64,000 nt of DNA from Candidatus Poriferisocius sp. (GTDB taxonomy: Bacteria > Actinomycetota > Acidimicrobiia > Acidimicrobiales > Bin134): contig NZ_OZ242338.1 in the NCBI RefSeq assembly GCF_965208475.1, positions 449,452-513,451 of the forward strand, given 5' to 3'. A program made the position numbers and the translations under genes. Below are positions 37,010 through 50,417 of this stretch, in pieces (the stretch's first letter is position 1; each line of letters starts with the position of its first letter). Under the pieces are notes generated by a model. It saw nothing but the letters and a program-made list of their open reading frames with translations, had not been told where the DNA came from and did not search any database.

Positions 37010-37795
37010 CTAGTTCATCCGAGCTCTGGCCAGGGTGGCCAACTGCCGAAGTTGCTCCTCATCATCGCTTTCCGCCGCCTGGGCCAGTTCCTCGAACCGG
37101 CGGGCCGCTTTCTCGAACCGCCCCCGCTCCATGTAGATCAGACCGAGCTGCTTGGCCTCGCCGGCTGGCGCCGAGGGGCACATCGACCGCAGCTCCAGCA
37201 CCCACTCCAGATTGGCGTAGTCCCGACGCTGGGCGTAGATGGCCCGAAGATTCCCCAGCATCCGCTCCATTATCGACGCATCGTCCACCGGGGCCAGGAA
37301 TGCGGGGTGGAAGCCCTTCTGCCCTCCGGTGATCTGGTGGTAGAGATCTTCGCAGCCCTGGGCATCGAACAACGCGCCGCCGGCGAACACGTCGATGTAG
37401 GTGTCGGGCTCGTTGCGGTCTCGGATCAAGAAGTGGCCGGGCAGTCCGATGCCCTCGAACTCAAAGCCGAGGCGGGACCCTACTGCGATGGTAAGCACGG
37501 CGAGGCTGATGGGAATCCCAGTGCGCCTGCTCATGACCTCGTTCAGAAACGAGTTGCGGGGGTCGTAGTAGTCGGCGCGGTTGCCGTGGAACCCCAGCTC
37601 GCTGAACAGCGAGTGCAGCACTCGGCTCCGACTGGAGCGGTCGCAGCGGTTGGCGAGGGAGTCCAGTCGGTCGAGCTCAGCGTCTAAGTCCATATCCGGG
37701 CAGCCGTGGGCGGCAATGCACAGGGCCCCCTCATGGAGGGCGAATTCCCCGTGCTCAAGCATCTGCCTGAATCTCTCGGCCGGCGCCCCATCCAC
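37010..37795 (-). CDS. SirB1-like transglutaminase-fold/TPR protein (UPF0162-like)
   Basis: N-terminal region (NSFLNEVMSRRTGIPISLAVL) typical of the SirB1 N-terminal family, followed by a TPR-like C-terminus. Confidence 0.68.
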   Translation of the reverse strand: MDGAPAERFRQMLEHGEFALHEGALCIAAHGCPDMDLDAELDRLDSLANRCDRSSRSRVLHSLFSELGFHGNRADYYDPRNSFLNEVMSRRTGIPISLAVLTIAVGSRLGFEFEGIGLPGHFLIRDRNEPDTYIDVFAGGALFDAQGCEDLYHQITGGQKGFHPAFLAPVDDASIMERMLGNLRAIYAQRRDYANLEWVLELRSMCPSAPAGEAKQLGLIYMERGRFEKAARRFEELAQAAESDDEEQLRQLATLARARMN

Positions 37796-37830
37796 GATCC
37801 AAATCTATCCCGCCAATTAGCATTGCCGCG

Positions 37831-38586
37831 GTGTCTGCCTGGCCGTTCTTAGACCACGAGGGCCCGATACCCATCGCCCACCGGGGAGGGGCCGCAGAGG
37901 GGCCGGAGAACACCATGGCCGCATTCTCAGCCGCCATCGACCTTGGCTATCGCTACCTGGAAACCGATGTACACGCCACCCGCGACGGGGTGCTGGTGGC
38001 ATTCCACGACGAGGGCTTGGCGCGGCTGAGCGGGCGGCCGGAGGCCATCGCCGATTTGGCTTGGCGAGACTTGGCGACGGTTCGGATGGACGGCGGGCAG
38101 GCCATCCCCCGCTTCGACGAGCTGCTGGCGGCCTGGCCCGATGTGAAAATCGCGGTCGACCCCAAGCACGACCAGGCCACTGAGCCCCTGATAAACGCCG
38201 TGCTCCGGGCCGGCGCCATCGACCGGGTCTGCGTCGGGTCATTCTCTGGGCGCCGCCTCGCCACCGCGCGGCGCCTGGGGGGATCCCGGTTGTGTACCGG
38301 CCTCAGCCCCAAAGAAGTCGGCCAGCTCCAGGCCGCGGCGGCTGGCCTGCCCGTGAGCGTCAAAGCCGGGGCGTGCGCCCAAGTGCCTCCCACGGTCAAA
38401 GGCGTGCCACTGGTGTACAAGCGGTTTGTGGATGCCGCCCACGCCCAGGGCTTGGCGGTGCATGTGTGGACCATCGACGACGCCGGCGAGATGCACCGCC
38501 TGCTGGATCTGGGGGTGGACGGCATCATGACCGACCGCCCCACCGTGCTGCGCGATGTGCTCGTGGCGCGCAGCCAGTGGTCTTGA
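37831..38586 (+). CDS. Glycerophosphodiester phosphodiesterase
   Basis: IAHRGGA...ENTMAAF...LETDVHATRDGVLVAFHD GDPD signature. Confidence 0.88.
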   Translation: MSAWPFLDHEGPIPIAHRGGAAEGPENTMAAFSAAIDLGYRYLETDVHATRDGVLVAFHDEGLARLSGRPEAIADLAWRDLATVRMDGGQAIPRFDELLAAWPDVKIAVDPKHDQATEPLINAVLRAGAIDRVCVGSFSGRRLATARRLGGSRLCTGLSPKEVGQLQAAAAGLPVSVKAGACAQVPPTVKGVPLVYKRFVDAAHAQGLAVHVWTIDDAGEMHRLLDLGVDGIMTDRPTVLRDVLVARSQWS

Positions 38587-38612
38587 GGCGTCATTTGAGG
38601 CCCGAAATCGAT

Positions 38613-38690
38613 CCGTTTTCTGTGGTTAATTTTTGGTTTTCTGGGGATTTCTGCTCAAAGCGGTGGAAAACCCTGTGGATTTTGATTTTC
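38613..38690 (+). promoter_or_regulatory. AT-rich phased-motif region upstream of the orphan promoter (UP-element or factor-binding array candidate)
   Basis: Locally AT-rich in a genome of about 70% GC or more. CTG(T/G)GG(A/T)T(T/A)(A/T) occurs at 38620, 38641 and 38673 (spacings 21 and 32 nt) amid T-tracts. Confidence 0.35.
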
Positions 38691-38693
38691 CCC

Positions 38694-38721
38694 TTGACCT
38701 GGGATTTCTCCGCGCTATGGT
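38694..38721 (+). promoter_or_regulatory. Sigma-70-type promoter candidate
   Basis: TTGACC (38694-38699), a 16-nt spacer, then TATGGT (38716-38721). This is an unusually good consensus match for this GC content. Confidence 0.45.
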
Positions 38722-38727
38722 ATGCCC

Positions 38728-39002
38728 ACCTACCAGAGACAAGCGGAGTTAGCTGACTGAGCAGGCGCCTGAAAGGGCGAGGGTTCGACAGAGTTCCGCA
38801 GGGTCGCTGGAACGGGCCGAGGAAGTCGGTGGCACCACCGAAAGCCGAAGCCCGGGAGAGCGGCCAGGTGCCGCGAGGATCTGGGGGCAGGGACCGGGGA
38901 GCCGGGGGGCGCAAGCCAGCCGGAGACCTGGAACCGAACGGGACGGCCCCGAGAAGTCGACCGGTTTAGGCCGGGAGGCTACTCGGGGCCTCCTCCTTTT
39001 CT
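38728..39002 (+). ncRNA. Candidate structured non-coding RNA or long cis-regulatory leader (family not identified)
   Basis: Lies between the promoter candidate and a strong terminator-like hairpin. It is GC-rich with obvious local helices (GUUCC 38793-97/GGAAC 38809-13; GGCACC 38831-36/GGUGCC 38867-72). It has no convincing ORF on this strand. Confidence 0.4.
38945..39002 (+). terminator. Intrinsic terminator-like hairpin
   Basis: GGCCCCGAG (38945-53) pairs with CTCGGGGCC (38982-90) and is followed by TCCTCCTTTTCT. Confidence 0.5.
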
Positions 39003-39059
39003 GCGGCCTCTTCTACAGCCCTTAGCGGTTCTTCCTTTCGGCCTCACTAGGGTGGCGCC

Positions 39060-39743
39060 GTGAGCTCACCTACTGTCGCCCTCTTGCACGGACTGGCCGG
39101 TTCGGCCCGGCGAACTTGGGGGGACAACGCCTGGTTCGACCTTCTGGCCGACGCCGGCCGAGAGGTGGTCGGGGTCGACCTGATGGGCCACGGCGCCGCG
39201 CCCAAGCCCCACCATCCCGAGGGCTACGCCGATTTCGAGCAGCACGTGATCGACCACTTCCCCGAAGAAGCCATAGACGCCATCGGGTTCTCGCTGGGGG
39301 CCTACACCCTGTTGTCCATCGCCTCCAAGATCCCGGAGCGGTTTCACAGGCTGGTGGTGGCCGGGGTGGGCAAGAACCTGTTCGAGCGCGACGAGAACCA
39401 CAGTCGCATGATCCTGGAGGCGGTCACCGGCGAGCCCGACCCCGAGAACCCCGAAGCCCTCCACTTCTCCACCCTGGCCGATGATCCCGAGGCCGACCGG
39501 GAGGCCCTGGCCGCCCTGATGGCCAGCCGCACCGCCTTCGACACCAACTGCCTGGCCGATGTGGCCGTGCCCACCCTGGTGGTGGTGGGCGACAAGGACT
39601 TCGCCCACCCCGCCGACCAACTGGCAGAGGCCCTCCCCGACGCCCGCCTCGTCGTCCTCCGAGGCGTCGACCACTTCGCCACCCCCAAATCATTCGATTT
39701 CATCGACGCCGCCCTCGATTTTCTCGATGCCCAGCCCTTCTAG
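39060..39743 (+). CDS. Alpha/beta hydrolase fold protein
   Basis: HGLAGS..., nucleophile elbow GFSLGA, and C-terminal VDHF. 227 aa. Confidence 0.8.
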   Translation: MSSPTVALLHGLAGSARRTWGDNAWFDLLADAGREVVGVDLMGHGAAPKPHHPEGYADFEQHVIDHFPEEAIDAIGFSLGAYTLLSIASKIPERFHRLVVAGVGKNLFERDENHSRMILEAVTGEPDPENPEALHFSTLADDPEADREALAALMASRTAFDTNCLADVAVPTLVVVGDKDFAHPADQLAEALPDARLVVLRGVDHFATPKSFDFIDAALDFLDAQPF

Positions 39744-39745
39744 GA

Positions 39746-41206
39746 TCAGCGCAACTGTTGGGCGGTGGGCACCAGAGGTGCGGGCAAGAGGGTGTCGCCG
39801 GTCAGGTACTGGTCCACGGCGGCGGCGCAGGCCCGGCCCTCGGCGATGGCCCACACGATGAGGCTCTGGCCCCGGCCCATGTCACCGGCGGCGAAGACGC
39901 CGGGCACGGTGGTCATCCAATTGCCGTCGCGGGCCACGTTGCCCCGGTCGGTGATCTCCACCCCCAGGCCGTCGAGCAAGCCTCCGGTTTCGGGTCCGGT
40001 GAATCCGAGGGCCAAGAGCACCAAGTCGGCTTGAAACTCCCTCTCGGTGCCCTCGATCGGGTTGAAGCTCATGCGGCCGCCCTCGAATGACTGCTGCACG
40101 TCCACGGTGTGCAGCGCCTCCACCTTGCCGCCCGAGCCGGTGAACTTCACGGTGTTGATGGCGAAGATCTGAGTGCCGCCCTCCTCATGGGCCGACGACG
40201 ATCGGTACATGAGCGGCCATGTAGGCCAAGGGGTGGCGCCGGCCCGCTCGTCGGGTGGTCGGGGCATGATCTCGAACTGGTGGATCGACGCTGCTCCGTG
40301 GCGGTGGGCGGTGCCCAGGCAATCGGCGCCGGTGTCTCCCCCGCCGATGATGATCACATGCTTGCCCGCGGCCGAGAACGGGTGCTCTGACAAGTCGCCC
40401 TCCTGCACCCGGTTGGCCGGGGGCAGGTACTCCATGGCCTGGTAGATGCCCTTCAGCTCCCGGCCCGTAATGGGCAAGTCCCGCCACTGGGTGGCCCCGC
40501 CGGCCAGCACCACCGCGTCGTGCTGATCGGTCAGCTCCGCGGCGCCCATGTCGACGCCCACATGTACTCCCGTCTTGAACACCGTGCCCTCGGCCTCCAT
40601 CTGGGCCAGCCTGCGGTCCAGATGGCGCTTTTCCATCTTGAACTCGGGGATGCCGTAGCGCAGCAGCCCCCCGACGCGGTCGGCCCGCTCGAACACCACC
40701 ACGTCGTGGCCCGCCCGGGTGAGCTGCTGGGCGGCGGCCAGCCCGGCCGGCCCCGACCCCACCACCGCCACCGATCGGCCGGTGCGGTCGTCGCACACCA
40801 CCGGGGTGATCCACCCCTCCTCCCAGGCCCGGTCCACGATCTCCACCTCGACCTGCTTGATGGTCACCGGATCCTCGTTTATGCCCAGCACGCAGGCCGC
40901 CTCGCACGGCGCGGGGCACAACCGCCCGGTGAACTCGGGGAAGTTGTTGGTGGCGTGGAGCCGCTCAATGGCCTCCCGCCAATGGTCCCGGTACACCAGG
41001 TCGTTCCAGTCGGGGATCAGGTTCCCCAGCGGGCAGCCGTTGTTGCAGAACGGAATGCCGCAGTCCATACAGCGCGACGCCTGGGTGCGCACCGACTCGG
41101 CGTCGAATTCCTTGTAGACCTCATGCCAGTCCTTGATCCTCACCGGCACGGCGCGCCGCGCCGGAAGCGTCCGACCGTGCTTGATGAACCCCCGGATATC
41201 ACCCAT
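39746..41206 (-). CDS. gltD: Glutamate synthase small (beta) subunit
   Basis: Start at ATG 41206 ([12 protein letters not shown]...). Fe-S motif [12 protein letters not shown] and the dinucleotide motif [14 protein letters not shown]. Confidence 0.92.
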   Translation of the reverse strand: MGDIRGFIKHGRTLPARRAVPVRIKDWHEVYKEFDAESVRTQASRCMDCGIPFCNNGCPLGNLIPDWNDLVYRDHWREAIERLHATNNFPEFTGRLCPAPCEAACVLGINEDPVTIKQVEVEIVDRAWEEGWITPVVCDDRTGRSVAVVGSGPAGLAAAQQLTRAGHDVVVFERADRVGGLLRYGIPEFKMEKRHLDRRLAQMEAEGTVFKTGVHVGVDMGAAELTDQHDAVVLAGGATQWRDLPITGRELKGIYQAMEYLPPANRVQEGDLSEHPFSAAGKHVIIIGGGDTGADCLGTAHRHGAASIHQFEIMPRPPDERAGATPWPTWPLMYRSSSAHEEGGTQIFAINTVKFTGSGGKVEALHTVDVQQSFEGGRMSFNPIEGTEREFQADLVLLALGFTGPETGGLLDGLGVEITDRGNVARDGNWMTTVPGVFAAGDMGRGQSLIVWAIAEGRACAAAVDQYLTGDTLLPAPLVPTAQQLR

Positions 41207-41265
41207 GGGCGGCCATCCTTGAGCCTGGATCGGGCACCGGGCCGGCATCGGTCTTCGAATGCTGC

Positions 41266-45885
<4,620 letters not shown>

Positions 45886-45988
45886 CGCGTCCTTTCCAGC
45901 GTGTTTGGGGTGCGCGCTTAGACGACATTGGCCAGCGGCAGGGCCATAATTTTACTGCCGGAGCCTGCCGCCCTACCAAGTCTGTTGC

Positions 45989-47314
45989 GTGCCGCAGGGG
46001 GTAGAGGTGCATGATTGCAGGGTGAATTCGCCTGTTGAAGATGAGGTTGGAGTGGCTGGAGATAGCCAAAATGTCGGCGTAGCCGGGCTCATTTCCTTTA
46101 TCGACGCCTGTCCGACGCCCTTTCATGTGGTGGAGCGGGCTGCCGCCTTGCTGGCGGAGGCCGGATTCACCCCGATGGACGAGGCCGCCGACTGGTCCGA
46201 CGCCTCCGGGTGCCGATACCTGTGCCGGGGCGGCAGTCTGGTGGCATGGCGCCACCGCACTTGCGAGGCGGGCTTCCGCATCATCGGCGCCCACACCGAC
46301 AGCCCCAACCTGCGGGTCACTCCCCGGCCCGACATCGGCACGGCCGGATTCCGCCAACTGGGGGTAGAGGTATACGGCGGTGCGCTTTTGAACAGCTGGC
46401 TCGACCGCGACCTCGGGGTGGCCGGCCGGGTGGCCACCACAGAGGGCACCCGGCTGTTCTGCATCAACCAGCCCGTGCTCCGGGTGCCCCAACTCGCCAT
46501 CCACCTCGACCGGGAGGTGAACCAGAAGGGTCTGCTGCTCAACCCCCAAACCCATTTGGTGCCGCTGTGGGGACTCGGCCCGCGCGCGGTTGGCGAGTTC
46601 GCCGAGGTGGTTGCCCAAGCCGCCGGGCTTGACCCCATGGAGGTTATGGCCTGGGACGCCATGCTCCACGATCTCGCTCCCCCCACAATCGGCGGCATAA
46701 ACGGCGAGTTCCTATTCGCCCCCCGCATCGACAACCAGGCGTCGTGCTGGGCGGGGCTCCAAGCAATGCTGGCCGCCCCGGCCGATGCCGTCCCCAGCGC
46801 GGTGCTGTGCCTGTTCGACCACGAGGAGGTGGGCAGCACCTCGCCCCAGGGGGCTATGTCCACCCTGTTGCCCGGGGTGCTGGAGCGGATAGCCGGCAGC
46901 CGCCAGGCCCTGCACCCCGCTCTGGCCAAATCGCTGTGCGTGTCGGCCAACGGCGCCCACGCCACCCACCCCAACTTTGCCGAGCGCCACGAGCCCGACC
47001 ATCCCGTCACCATCGGCGGCGGCCCGGTGATCAAGCGCAACGCCAACCTGCGCTACGCCACCGATGCGGTGGGCGAGGCCGTGTTCTCCGCCGCCTGCCA
47101 GCAGGCCGAGGTTGCCCAACAGGTGTACATCCATCGCGGCGACATGCCCTGCGGGAGCACCATCGGGCCGTTTGCCGCCGCCACCACCGGGGTCACCACC
47201 ATCGACGCCGGCATCCCCCAGCTCTCCATGCACTCGGCCCGCGAGATGTGCGGCGTTCAAGACCCGGTCGACTTCGCGCTGGCCCTGGGCGCTTTTCTCC
47301 GCAGCGCTTCTTGA
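45989..47314 (+). CDS. M18-family aspartyl aminopeptidase
   Basis: FIDACPTPFHVV, IGAHTDSPNL, DHEEVGS and HSAREMCG motifs. The start is uncertain (GTG 45989 or GTG near 46052). Confidence 0.85.
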   Translation: MPQGVEVHDCRVNSPVEDEVGVAGDSQNVGVAGLISFIDACPTPFHVVERAAALLAEAGFTPMDEAADWSDASGCRYLCRGGSLVAWRHRTCEAGFRIIGAHTDSPNLRVTPRPDIGTAGFRQLGVEVYGGALLNSWLDRDLGVAGRVATTEGTRLFCINQPVLRVPQLAIHLDREVNQKGLLLNPQTHLVPLWGLGPRAVGEFAEVVAQAAGLDPMEVMAWDAMLHDLAPPTIGGINGEFLFAPRIDNQASCWAGLQAMLAAPADAVPSAVLCLFDHEEVGSTSPQGAMSTLLPGVLERIAGSRQALHPALAKSLCVSANGAHATHPNFAERHEPDHPVTIGGGPVIKRNANLRYATDAVGEAVFSAACQQAEVAQQVYIHRGDMPCGSTIGPFAAATTGVTTIDAGIPQLSMHSAREMCGVQDPVDFALALGAFLRSAS

Positions 47315-47408
47315 TCTTCCCCCGACTGGCCCCGGCCAGGCCCTCAGCGCCGCAGCCTCACCCGGGGCAATCGGGCAAGACCACAGTGCTGGAACTGTCG
47401 GCCTCTCC

Positions 47409-48989
47409 TCAGCGTCGTAGCTTCACTCGAGAAACCCGCCGGGCCCGCTCGTAGGCCGACACCACTACTAAGAAGACGGCAAAGAACTCCAGGCGGCCGA
47501 TGAGCATGAGCGCCATCACAACCCCTCGGGCCGGACGGGTGAAGACCAGGAAATTAGACGTCGGCCCGGCTTCGCCCAGAGCCGGTCCCATGTTGCTCAA
47601 CGCGCTGATGGCCGCCGACGAGGAGGTGATCAGGTCATGGCCCAGCGCGGCCAGCACCATGGTGGCCGCCAGCGCGGACAACGCGTAGAGGGCCACCAGA
47701 CCCGCCACCCGCTGAAGCACCGGCTCGGATACTGCCGCTTGACCCAGCTTGACCCTGGCCACTACCTGAGGGTGCTTCACCCGCAACAGCCCCACCCGCA
47801 TGTACTTTGCCATCACCTGGGCTCGCAGCACCTTCAGCCCTCCGGCGGTGCTCCCCGTCATGCCCCCCATCACCATCAACGGCAGCAACAGGGCTTGAGC
47901 ACCCGGCGTCCAAGCCGCGAAATCACCCCCCGGATTGGCGTCGGAGGCGTTGCCGAAACCGCTGCTGGTGCTCAGAGCGACCGCGGAGAAGATCCCGTTG
48001 CGGAAGCTGTTGGACAAATCGGTCAGGTCGTTCACCCAATTGAGCAGTGATGTAGAGACCGTAGCCACCGCGATTACCAAGAGATAGGTGCGGAACTCCG
48101 AAGACCTCCCATAAGCCCGGGGATTGCCCGACACGGCCCGCCAGTGAAGGGTGAAGCTCACCCCGCACACCAGCATTCCGACGATAATCACGGCCTCCAC
48201 CGCCATGCTGTCGAAGTGGCCGACGGAGCTGTCGTATGGCGAGAAGCCCCCGGTGCCGGCGATGGTGAAGGCGTGGGCCACCGCGTCGTACAGGCTGAGT
48301 CTGGCGATCATCAGGGCTGCCGCCACCGCCACGGTGATGCCGCCGTAGAGCGCCCACAGCCGCCGGGCAGTGGAGCTCACGCGGGGCGCCAGTCGGTCCG
48401 AGGTAGGCCCAGGAGCCTCCGCGGTGATAAGGCTCAGCCCGCCGACGCCCAAGAACGGCAGAATGGTCACCGCCAGCACTACCATGCCCATGCCGCCGTA
48501 CCACTGCATGATCTGGCGCCACATGAGCACGCCCCGGCCCGTCCCCTCAATGGGACTCAGTACCGTGGCGCCGGTGGCAGTGATGCCCGACACCGCTTCG
48601 AAAAGGGCGTTGTCGAAGCTGCCCAGCTCCCCGGAGAACCACAGCGGCAAAGCGGCGAAAAACGACGAGCCGATCCACGTCCATGCCACCGCCGCGAACA
48701 CCGAGGCCGGAGGCATGTCCTGGTCGAGACGGGTAAAGGCCACCAACAGCATTCCCGCGGCCAGCGTCACCAGCGCCCCCAAACCCAGGGCCACCTCGTT
48801 GTCCGACGTCGACGACCCCCACTCCACCAGGGTGGAGAAGAGCATCCCCGGCACCAGGAATAACAGGCCTAGCCCCACCACGAACCCCACCCGACTGGTG
48901 ACGGTCCAAGGCCGATCCGCTAGCAGCCGGTGTACAGCCCGCTTGGCGGTCATCCTCGCTCGCCGGGTCCTGGCCAGCGCAGAGGTCAT
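47409..48989 (-). CDS. trkH: TrkH-family K+ uptake membrane subunit (copy 1)
   Basis: Polytopic protein with repeated M1-P-M2 units carrying TGF/GGF-type pore loops (e.g. TSSGFGN, GGFSPYD). Confidence 0.86.
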   Translation of the reverse strand: MTSALARTRRARMTAKRAVHRLLADRPWTVTSRVGFVVGLGLLFLVPGMLFSTLVEWGSSTSDNEVALGLGALVTLAAGMLLVAFTRLDQDMPPASVFAAVAWTWIGSSFFAALPLWFSGELGSFDNALFEAVSGITATGATVLSPIEGTGRGVLMWRQIMQWYGGMGMVVLAVTILPFLGVGGLSLITAEAPGPTSDRLAPRVSSTARRLWALYGGITVAVAAALMIARLSLYDAVAHAFTIAGTGGFSPYDSSVGHFDSMAVEAVIIVGMLVCGVSFTLHWRAVSGNPRAYGRSSEFRTYLLVIAVATVSTSLLNWVNDLTDLSNSFRNGIFSAVALSTSSGFGNASDANPGGDFAAWTPGAQALLLPLMVMGGMTGSTAGGLKVLRAQVMAKYMRVGLLRVKHPQVVARVKLGQAAVSEPVLQRVAGLVALYALSALAATMVLAALGHDLITSSSAAISALSNMGPALGEAGPTSNFLVFTRPARGVVMALMLIGRLEFFAVFLVVVSAYERARRVSRVKLRR

Positions 48990-48999
48990 AGCCGAGCAC

Positions 49000-50304
49000 T
49001 CATTGTCTCAGCCTCATCCGCTGAACCCCGCCCACGCCCCAGCCGACCACCACCACTACCGGGTAGATCGACAGCCGTCCGAGGAACATCAGCGCCATCA
49101 GCACCGCCCGGGCCGGGGCGGCCAGCGCGGTGGCGTCGGCAAACCCCGACAGTTCGCCCAGCCCGGGCCCTGCGGTGGCCAGCGCGGAGATCGAACCCGA
49201 CATCGCGGTGGGCAGATCGCCTCCCAGCGAGGCGATGCCGAAAACCCCCACCGCCGCGGCCAGCACCCACAGAATCTGGAAGTTGTGTACCCGGGTGAGC
49301 GACCCTGCCGACACCACCGCCCCCGACACCTTCACCGGCACCACCGCCCGAGGATGCAGTTGCAACACCAACTCCCGCCGCACGATGCCCAAGATCTGGA
49401 TGACTCGGAGCAGCCGGAAACCGCCCCCGGCCGAGCCGGCCATCGACCCCACCCCGATGAGCAGAAGCAGCAGGGTCTGGGGCGCCGTCACCCAGCCGCC
49501 CCAGTCGGTAACCCGGAAACCGGTGGTGCTCATGGCCGACGTGACGGTGAAGAACGACTGTCGGATGGTGTCGGCGCCCCCGCCGGCGTCTCGCCAGGTC
49601 CAGGCGGCCACAAGCGTTGTCGACACCAGCGTCAATGCGGCATAGACCTTCAACTCCGTCGATCGCCACAGCGCCCTGACCTGTCCCCGCGCCAACCACA
49701 CCAGCGCGGCCACCGACATGCCGGCCAGCCCCATCGCCCAAGCTCCCACCCACTCGACAGCCGCCGAGTCGAAGTGGGCGAACGAGTCCCGGTAGTTGGC
49801 GAACCCGCCGGTAGAGGCGGTGGCCAGCCCGAAGGTTGCGGCATCGAACGGGCCCATGCCGGCTGCGGCGTAGGCCGCGATCACCGCCGCGGTGAACCCC
49901 ACATAGGCCAGCGCCACCCGGCGGGTGGTGTGCGACCATGTGCTCGACAGCACCGCCCGTCTCCCCCGCCCCTCAGCCACCTCGCTCAGCCGCCGCTGGC
50001 CTCCGAATGTGGGCACCACCACCAGCGCGAACGCCAAAGCGCCTGCGCCCCCCAGCCACTGGGTGGTGGCCCGCCACGACAAAAGCCAGGCAGGCAGCGC
50101 CTCGGGGTCTAACACGGTGAGCGATGTGGTGGTGAACCCGGCCACAGACTCGAAGAGGGCATCGTCGGCGCGGCCCACCTCTCCGGAGGCCAGATAGACA
50201 ATGGCTGAGACCACCACCAAGGCGGCCGCAGTGGCCACCACGGTGGTCAGGACCCTGACCGCGGAGCGATGCCAGGGGAAGCGAACCCGCAACGGGTCGC
50301 TCAT
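49000..50304 (-). CDS. trkH: TrkH-family K+ uptake membrane subunit (copy 2)
   Basis: Paralogous polytopic protein (STGGFANY, STTGFRV pore-loop-like motifs) directly upstream of copy 1. Confidence 0.84.
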   Translation of the reverse strand: MSDPLRVRFPWHRSAVRVLTTVVATAAALVVVSAIVYLASGEVGRADDALFESVAGFTTTSLTVLDPEALPAWLLSWRATTQWLGGAGALAFALVVVPTFGGQRRLSEVAEGRGRRAVLSSTWSHTTRRVALAYVGFTAAVIAAYAAAGMGPFDAATFGLATASTGGFANYRDSFAHFDSAAVEWVGAWAMGLAGMSVAALVWLARGQVRALWRSTELKVYAALTLVSTTLVAAWTWRDAGGGADTIRQSFFTVTSAMSTTGFRVTDWGGWVTAPQTLLLLLIGVGSMAGSAGGGFRLLRVIQILGIVRRELVLQLHPRAVVPVKVSGAVVSAGSLTRVHNFQILWVLAAAVGVFGIASLGGDLPTAMSGSISALATAGPGLGELSGFADATALAAPARAVLMALMFLGRLSIYPVVVVVGWGVGGVQRMRLRQ

Positions 50305-50310
50305 GGGGGG

Positions 50311-50417
50311 CTCACCCGAACAGGCGCTTCACTTCGTCCACCGTGTCGGGACGGGCAAGGGTCATGGATCTCACCCGAAGAAGCGCTTCACTTCGTCGAC
50401 GGTGTCCGGGCGGGCGA
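50311..50417. repeat. Imperfect 48-bp direct repeat (50311-50358 and 50370-50417, 41/48) duplicating the trkA 3' end
   Basis: Aligned by eye, period 59. Both copies keep a TGA. Confidence 0.9.

Noticed and set aside
38613-38690. Chromosomal origin (oriC), suggested by the DnaA-box-like TGTGGTTAA / TGTGGATTT motifs.
   Set aside because: There are only two or three imperfect boxes, no dnaA/dnaN nearby, no obvious AT-rich unwinding-element repeats, and the patch sits immediately upstream of a good promoter. An UP-element or regulator array is more parsimonious.
38591-38914. 107-aa minus-strand ORF and 154-aa plus-strand ORF (38292..38756) covering the glpQ-hydrolase spacer.
   Set aside because: There is no family resemblance. 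They run through the AT-rich promoter patch and the structured GC-rich region. The plus-strand ORF is an alternate frame of glpQ.
38728-39002. Cobalamin riboswitch (B12-box-like AGCCAGCCGGAGACCTGG and a GGAAGTCGGTG element).
   Set aside because: It lacks the GCCACTG element and the GGGAA...GGTG.AA.TCC core as I remember it. The B12-box match needs an indel. The downstream gene (alpha/beta hydrolase) is not a typical B12-regulated gene. It remains an unknown RNA pending a cmscan.
38728-39002. tmRNA, RNase P RNA, SRP RNA, or a ydaO-type riboswitch on either strand.
   Set aside because: The GGGCGAGGGTTCGAC and GAGGAAGTCGG strings superficially recall the tmRNA 5' end and RNase P CR-I. However, the unit is too short, has no tRNA-like 3' end or tag ORF, and lacks the other conserved regions. 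A minus-strand CAGCTAAC match to ydaO has no downstream gene to regulate.
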